From NCBI GenBank assembly GCA_000934665.2, contig JYFJ02000809.1:1-64000 (forward strand): DNA of 64,000 nucleotides. Direction: 5' to 3'. Of the stretch, positions 57,239 to 64,000 are shown in pieces. Source of the stretch: Catajapyx aquilonaris (Eukaryota). Position numbers and translations under genes: made by a program. Below the pieces are notes generated by a model. It was given only the letters and a program-made list of their open reading frames with translations. It was not told where the DNA came from and did no database searches. Position 1 is the first letter of the stretch. The number at the start of each line of letters is the position of its first letter.

Positions 57239-60200
57239 TCATAGCGCTTGGTCCATCGGGATCTGCTCCATACGTGCTGGAGAAGGAGGCGAATAGTTAT
57301 TGGACAAGGAAGAGACAGCAGTGGTCCTGGAGGGCAACATGAGACGATTCCCAGTCGTGTTACGAGATTTGTTTTGAGTGTCTTCGTCGTCCGCCTCGTC
57401 CTCCAGTTCTTCGGGTGTCTTGGCACACTTGCATGACCTAGAAAGACCTGCATTTAGGCTTCCAAAACAGCATATAGTTAATGGGGACCTCACCTGATCG
57501 AGAGAGGAAGCATTAGCAGGAACTCGCGTCGGAAATTGGTGTTGAGCCATCCATAAAGGACGGGATTAGTAGCAGCTGAACTCATGGCCAGCACGTGGCA
57601 GGCCGCAAATGCAGCGTACAGATACTGGGGCGAGGTCAACCCCAGGCCAGGGTGCAGGTCAGCAGCCAGGGTCAGCGCTTGGAGGGGCAGCCAGGATACC
57701 CCGAACACGGCTGCCACCACTGCTAACACTGGGAGGAAGGAGCGTGCCCGTTTGAATCAAAAGTTGGTTTAATGAGCCTCGGCATGCATAAGATAAAAAA
57801 AATTGGCGATATCCAACATGCGCATCTGCATACCGTACTTTGCAGATACCGCATGATAAAGTTGATAATATATGTGCTGTGTAACAAAATAAACTGCATT
57901 ACTCTTTGATAGAAGTTTCGCTTTTGTGGTACGCCACCGTATACATAATGCGTATTGTGGGTTGGTGTAAGTTATTACGCGGTGTGTTTGATAAGCAAGG
58001 TCTGTTTAATATTTCACAAGCCGTACTGCGGCACAGGAGAATGTCACAGGTACATGGCTTGTTGTAGATGATAAATTATTAATTATTATAATCCCTACTG
58101 AAATAATGATACGTTAGTGAGGCAGAGTAATAACTTATAACTAAATAATTGGTAACTGAATAACATAATAATTCAATATCGACAACACAATTATCCGTAT
58201 TATTGAGTTAGCTGTTAGCATAATCAATCTGTCCAAAATGCCGCGGTATCTTGAAAACGCCAGTATTTCCTAACAATGGACGACATCACTGCTTGTGTAA
58301 CGCTCATGGCATGCACGTTTGTGTGAAAATATTTATGAACAGAATAATCAAGTGGCACTAAGTTAATGGATGGAAAGCAACTGGCACTCCCTAATGCACA
58401 AGTTAGTGAATAATGCATGAAGTAGAGACAGAAACAATATGCTGTCAGGCACAACATGTATGTACAGGCTATGCAATGGCATGTCATTCTCATTTTAGAC
58501 AAATTGTACATCCTGCTGCCAGACTGAGTTTTATTCTAACTGGATGAAAAGTTTCTCATTCTGCTAGTTAATAAAGCACCTACAACATTACCCACATAAG
58601 AGGCGTGTTGGTCGAATTGGTTACGACTCGGCTTGCTGAGCAAAAGGTGCCTGCGTCGTTATATGAAATTTACTGTATAATACAGTATTGTGCATTTTGC
58701 ATTCAACACAATGCTAAAACATTTGATATAATTAGTCAGTCCACATTCTAGACTTCTAGAGTGCACATCTCCATGAAGTAGGAGGTTCCAGGAGTGCATA
58801 TAGAGTACGTAATAAAATTAAGGTACGAGCATGATACCACAATTACAGTATAGCGTATAGGGTATCATTCTGAATAGAAAAGCTCTCTGACACGTGGTTT
58901 GAAAAAAAATTATGCCTGAAGCGCTAATGTACATATTTTCATTAGCTGTATGTCTGTAGGCCCATGTTGTCCAAACATTTCAGGGTTGTAGCGCCTCTGG
59001 CGCAGTTGTGTTTTTCAACAAACTGGCACAATAATATTTTATTCATAATAATATCCTCCATCTATATGGTATCACGCTCGTATCATATTTTTGTTGCATG
59101 TATAGCTCTCTTGTTCTGGCTTGAATTTTGTCCAGAATAAAAATTATGCCGGTGGAAACACGCCTTTATGAATGACAATCTGTGCTGCTGCACACCCTGT
59201 CGCAACAGTGCATGCAGCCTATGCAGTATGTTTTGTAATGGTTTTGGCAATCTGGTAAGATGTATTCATGGGCACCAGGGAATCACGTTTATATCGCGGA
59301 CATGCCGGAAAAAAAACCCGGACATTCACAATAACAATAAGTAAGTCCGAAGATGGATTTTTTTCGTTACCCCGTGATAAGGCTGAGCCTTTTTAGGGGG
59401 GGGGGGTGGAATACCACCATTTCACTCCATTTTCCTATATTAACTGCCTTCACCGGTGCAAGGAGTCAAGGATGTAGGGTAGGGATAGGGATTTTTGGGG
59501 AGGGAACATTGGTGCAAGTGCAATGTCCTGGCAATGTCGGTAAAGGGGTCATTTGCTGTTCCCCAGGAGGTTAGGTTAGACACCTCCAATAAGGTGCAGG
59601 TGAGAGACCCTCCTGACGCAGGTGAAAGGAAAGTTCCCCAGGCGGGGATCGAACCTGGGGCCTTTCACTCAGCAAGCCGAGACGTTACCATCTCGGCCAT
59701 CTACACCTCCCCAAGATGGAATATCCTATAAAACATTTCACTCTCTGTGACTTAGTTGTGAAGAGCGAAAGTCATTATTTTCTGCCTCATTATGAATCTT
59801 TAGGGCTAAATGGACTTTACCAGGTGATAGAGAAAAGAATGCGACTTACTTGTTAGTGGAACGAATTTCTCAAAACCGCCAACATTGGACTTGGTCGGTT
59901 TCTCTCGGTTTCTCTGGTATGTAAAGGTCTCATTTCGTTTCAGATAATGGGCTAGAAACCAGTATGCGTCCCTCTGTGCTACCGTGCCTATATGAATTTT
60001 AAATATACAGGAGTGAAATACAATTAATGCAAAAGAACCATGCATTTTTCATCGAAATTTTAAACTCATTTAGTGTAGAAGGCAGTCGTCGGGGGGAATG
60101 GAATGGAAGTGTCGCAGGCTGTACCTGTGACATAGAGGATGGATAATGCGCTCTTTGCTTAATGATTATTACCCCAGTAAACGAGGAGGACCAAATAACG

Positions 60201-61097
60201 GCACCTCTACTCTTGATACTCTCGTACACCACAGGAGTTCACCGTAAAGTTTATGCGAATCATCCAAAAACACCCTGTGCATTACATATCTCGCACATTT
60301 TCCATCGGGAAGTTCAATCTTATCGACCGACAACTCTTATCACTACACTTTCATTTAGCCTATCGCCAATTGCATTATAAATTCTACTACGCTATAAATA
60401 ACAATGGCCTGCCTTTTTACTGCTTCTCTGCTATTACTTAAAGCCTTTTTCTCTGGAAACCACACAGGCTATAGCTTTCATGCCTGCACTGTTATTTAAT
60501 TTTGAAGTCCAAATGTCCTTAACCCTGTAAGAATATGGGCCATACTCGTGTTTGACTACGTATGCAGGGGAATTTACAATCGCTCACATTCCCTTTGTAA
60601 CGGACCATGAAAGTAACCCCGCATCACATGATACAAATCGTCGTTACAAACGGAACTCGCCTGATGCAATACGTCTGTCAACAGCAACAAAAGGGTGGTA
60701 TACTCCACTTTGTCCAAATGGAGAGGGTAAACTTGCAATCCAGGATTTGGTACGAATAGAGGGGACATAAAATTCGACCCAACCTTGCGTGGTCCTCTTG
60801 TTCCTCTGAAGTTCCCTCCTGGCCCTGCGAGCATCTGCGTCTCGCGTGGTCCTCCGCGCATGCGCTCCAAGGTGGGACGCTATCTTGGCGTGTACCACGC
60901 CGACCGCCATGCTTGGTATAACGTAATGCAAGAGCAGTGTGACTCCTGCGTAGGCGCATCTGCTGGCATGAGAAGGCCATCTCTCGACACACACTTCGTA
61001 CAGTACTATCTCCCTAACAGCCACTTTCTCCACCCGTTGAAACAGAACCAGCGGAAGGGTCACCATGGCCGACAGACCCCACAGTAGAATCAGACAC
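57239..61097 (-). CDS. Neuropeptide Y/F receptor-like rhodopsin-class GPCR, TM4-TM7 and C-tail (partial; 5' exons not found in the window)
   Basis: Exons 61097-60784, 57728-57494, 57437-57239 are in phase. Motifs LYEVCVERWP (ECL2), VFGVSWLPL (TM6), CHVLAMSSAATNPVLYGWLNTNFRREF (TM7/helix 8), and Cys residues after helix 8. Confidence 0.88.
59358..59712 (-). mobile_element. tRNA-derived SINE with 8-bp TSD, in a GPCR intron
   Basis: Minus-strand head GGGGAGGTGTAGATGGCCGAGATGGTAA with B box GGTTCGATCCCC; core GACATTGCACTTGCAC (59512-59527, reverse); short A tail; TSD AAGATGGA at 59350-59357 and 59713-59720. Confidence 0.88.
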
Positions 61098-64000
61098 CTG
61101 AAAATGAAATATGACAGAATTGAATCATTTTCAGCGTCACTTAATGCGACAAATGCGCTTATAGGCGACTGGCGTTGCGGTGGGCATACAATTAGCATGT
61201 AATGCTGAAGATGTGGTTAGATCTTGAAGCTTGAGAAGCTTGGCGGAAAATCGCGTTAGGGTCGTTTTACTTCTCCAGTGGCGGAGCGTATGCTCATCAG
61301 ACACCCTGCAGACAGGCGTCTCTGACAATGCGATGACATCGTAGCGATTCTCCATCACCTTGAAGGACGCAAGAGTCACGCCCATCATAAAACTACTGTC
61401 GGGCAGTATAATTTCCCAAGCACCCATCATAACGTTCGCGTTACAGAACATTAAAAGTCCAATCACGACAGCATTTACGACGCCTAATTTTATATTCCTT
61501 GCATAGAAAACACGGCTTTGCGGATAAATGGGGCCATTGTTACAGCTTCAAAGAAGTGAATTTAATTAGACTCGCCAAACCTCCTGTGGTATGCAGGCCG
61601 GAAGTTTGAGACTAACTTTGTGCCGATAGTACGCGTAGAGCTACATTTCAACTCGAACTCATCCACTAATTTGTAGATTTGAATTGTTACGGCCTACTCC
61701 CACATTATATTCGGTTTATGCAATCATTGGAATATGTAAACCATGTAATGATTACCCACTAGGTAGGTTAGTTGCAGATTTAATTATTAATCATATTAGC
61801 CAGAATTTTGGCTTGTTGCTGCTAAAATAATTCATTGGCAAATTGGTAACATACCCGCATTAGTATTTGCATGAAGAATGTCCGGACACCAACTATCAAA
61901 GGGCAAATCATTATCCTACCATGATGAAGCCCTTTTACCACGGCTGACAAACTGGAAGTTGACTTACAGGGGGTTTAATATAATACACTGTCTGTGCTTT
62001 CCGAACCCCAGATAATTGAAAATCAGTTGATTACAAGAGGCTAGCGTGAGAATACTTTCCGGGACAATACACTTCCTTCACATTGTTCCGAACAGCAAAG
62101 GAGCAAATCAGAGCAGAAAGGCATCCAGTTGCTTTCCTCTGAGCGACGCAATTTCTCTCTCTCCCTCAACCAGTGATTAGCGACCGAGAACGAGCCTCTC
62201 CAAATTCCGGCAAACTGGAGCCCACCTAGATCAAAAGACCACCCAGATCCGAAGATCCACCTATACGTAAGCACGAAGACGGCAGTAAATCCAGGCCCAT
62301 TTCAGTAATAACGCCGCAACCCTCACCAAGGGATTCTCCAGCATAAAGCCAAACAATCAACTGACTCTCGCCTTGTTTTCTCGCATTTCAGAAGTGGGTA
62401 TATATACATGCAGTCAACGGTCTGAAAGTGAAGGTGACGAGCACATGTAAGAGGCGACACTATGTGTACGCAACTGCTGTCATTTTCCCCTGCAAACACG
62501 GACATCGCTTCTGTTGACACCATGCAAATATCCCAGCGTAATAGAGAACCTCTAAATTCAGGTTGGCATGCAGTGGAATGTGTTTTTAAAAATTGGGCAT
62601 CACCGGAAAAATGGGGAGAATTGGCATTTTATTCAAGGCCTTTGTCACCTCTGCTGGGTCCACTGAGTTAATTAGTTAGGGGCATTTTAGAATTGGATGC
62701 ATAGAATTCCTGCAATATTCTCAATAGGAGCGTCACCCAGGCGTATGTGCAGTGCAATTACATTTGGCACAATGAAGGTAGCTCGGTGGACTGAGGGTAC
62801 CTTTAGGGGCATTTCCACAGGCACATTGTGAAGCTTCATCAAACCTACTATACTGAAAGCAATTGAGCACATTCGGCGACTCTTCTCGTCTAGTTGTGGG
62901 AATTCCATTGGCTGCACTTCACCATTTTAGAGAGAAAATTTTCAAGTGACACTAGGTTGTGTACAGTATAGTGGCTAGTCATCCTGAAATAAAAAAGTGC
63001 ATTCCAGAGAATTATTTGCATATTTTAGTGCAATTCTACCCCCCTGCATGAAAGCACTTCATCACGAAAAAACCCGGCTGGACAATAATGAATCCCGACA
63101 CTTCACTTTGGCAATGGCCCATTAACAGTCCGGATTTAGTAAGACCTCATTAAAAACAAATCTGCTTTAAAAGCGACCTGTAAAAAGACTGGGGGGTCTC
63201 ATTTCTCTGCACTCTTAATCACTTAATTGGGGCAGTGCCTCATTTCAGCAAAACTCACAAAGTTACATGTTACTGCTAAGTAGTGAGCAACATCAAAGTA
63301 GTGTACAAGCTGGATAGAAGATGAGTACAGCCACGAGTACTACTTCAGCTGGATGTAGACAACGAGTCGTAACTAGAGTACTTGATAGTGATGATACATA
63401 AACATAAGACACATTAGCAGCATACTTGGTTTACATTGCATTTTTGCTATTTTGCTAACCTCTTGAGAGAGTTATGCAATACTCAGTTTGTAAGACAAAC
63501 ACACCTATAGCACACAGGAAGTGCACCAAAATTGAAAAGCAGGCTTTGAAGAGTCGCAAGTGGAATAGTCGACAGTTTGGTACGCAAATATTTGACCGGG
63601 TTCTGTAGGAATCGCGGTTAGAGAGAGGGACTCGAAGAGAAAATGGCAGATGTCCCGCCGGATTTAAATCCTCTATTAGGATCCACGCCCAAATACCACC
63701 GGAACTTTAGACTTTAGATCAATCATGCAAGCGCAAACCCCTGAATTGAACTGATGAAGTGACGGGGGAGGACAAGTTGCTCTCTGCGGGGCTTACCAGG
63801 GTCGCATTTCATTTCCAGGACCTGACCATCAAGTTTGACCCTCCAGGCCTTGCAGGGACTTCCCCATTTCCATGGGAAGCAAACGAATGGTAATTGAAGT
63901 GCAGAGTTTGGTACTAACAGGGGAGTCTTTAATAATTCGTTTGTTAATTGAACGTCGCTGAAGAACAGAATCGACGCTATAAAATCGGGGAGAACCATTT

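Noticed and set aside
57013..57453. 146-aa minus-strand ORF with HNVDKT repeats
   Set aside because: An alternative frame of the GPCR last exon running into the 18-bp minisatellite; not reachable in phase from the upstream donor.
61137..61466. Minus-strand ORF with ENRYDVIALSET, as a possible TM3/DRY exon of the GPCR or a LINE endonuclease fragment
   Set aside because: No hydrophobic TM3 precedes it, no convincing splice sites, and the endonuclease-like motif has no supporting flanks.

Overview
Eukaryotic genomic DNA from an invertebrate bilaterian, probably an arthropod; most introns are 55-100 nt. I rebuilt exon chains by hand from splice sites and reading-frame phase. The + strand carries CFAP99-like, HECTD2, Arp1/ACTR1A, a tightly linked Pinhead-ADMP (BMP-family) pair and an unrecognised single-pass membrane protein gene. 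The - strand carries the 3' half of an NPY/NPF-receptor-like GPCR and possibly the 5' end of a gene divergent from CFAP99. Repeats include four tRNA-derived SINEs (three share an exact 16-nt core), several MITE/foldback elements, a decayed non-LTR retrotransposon and mini/microsatellites. The most notable observations are the compact Pinhead-ADMP cassette (Pinhead is barely visible in the ORF track), an acidic Thr-rich extension on mature ADMP, three GC-AG introns and a modular SINE family. All identifications rest on remembered family motifs; no database searches were run.
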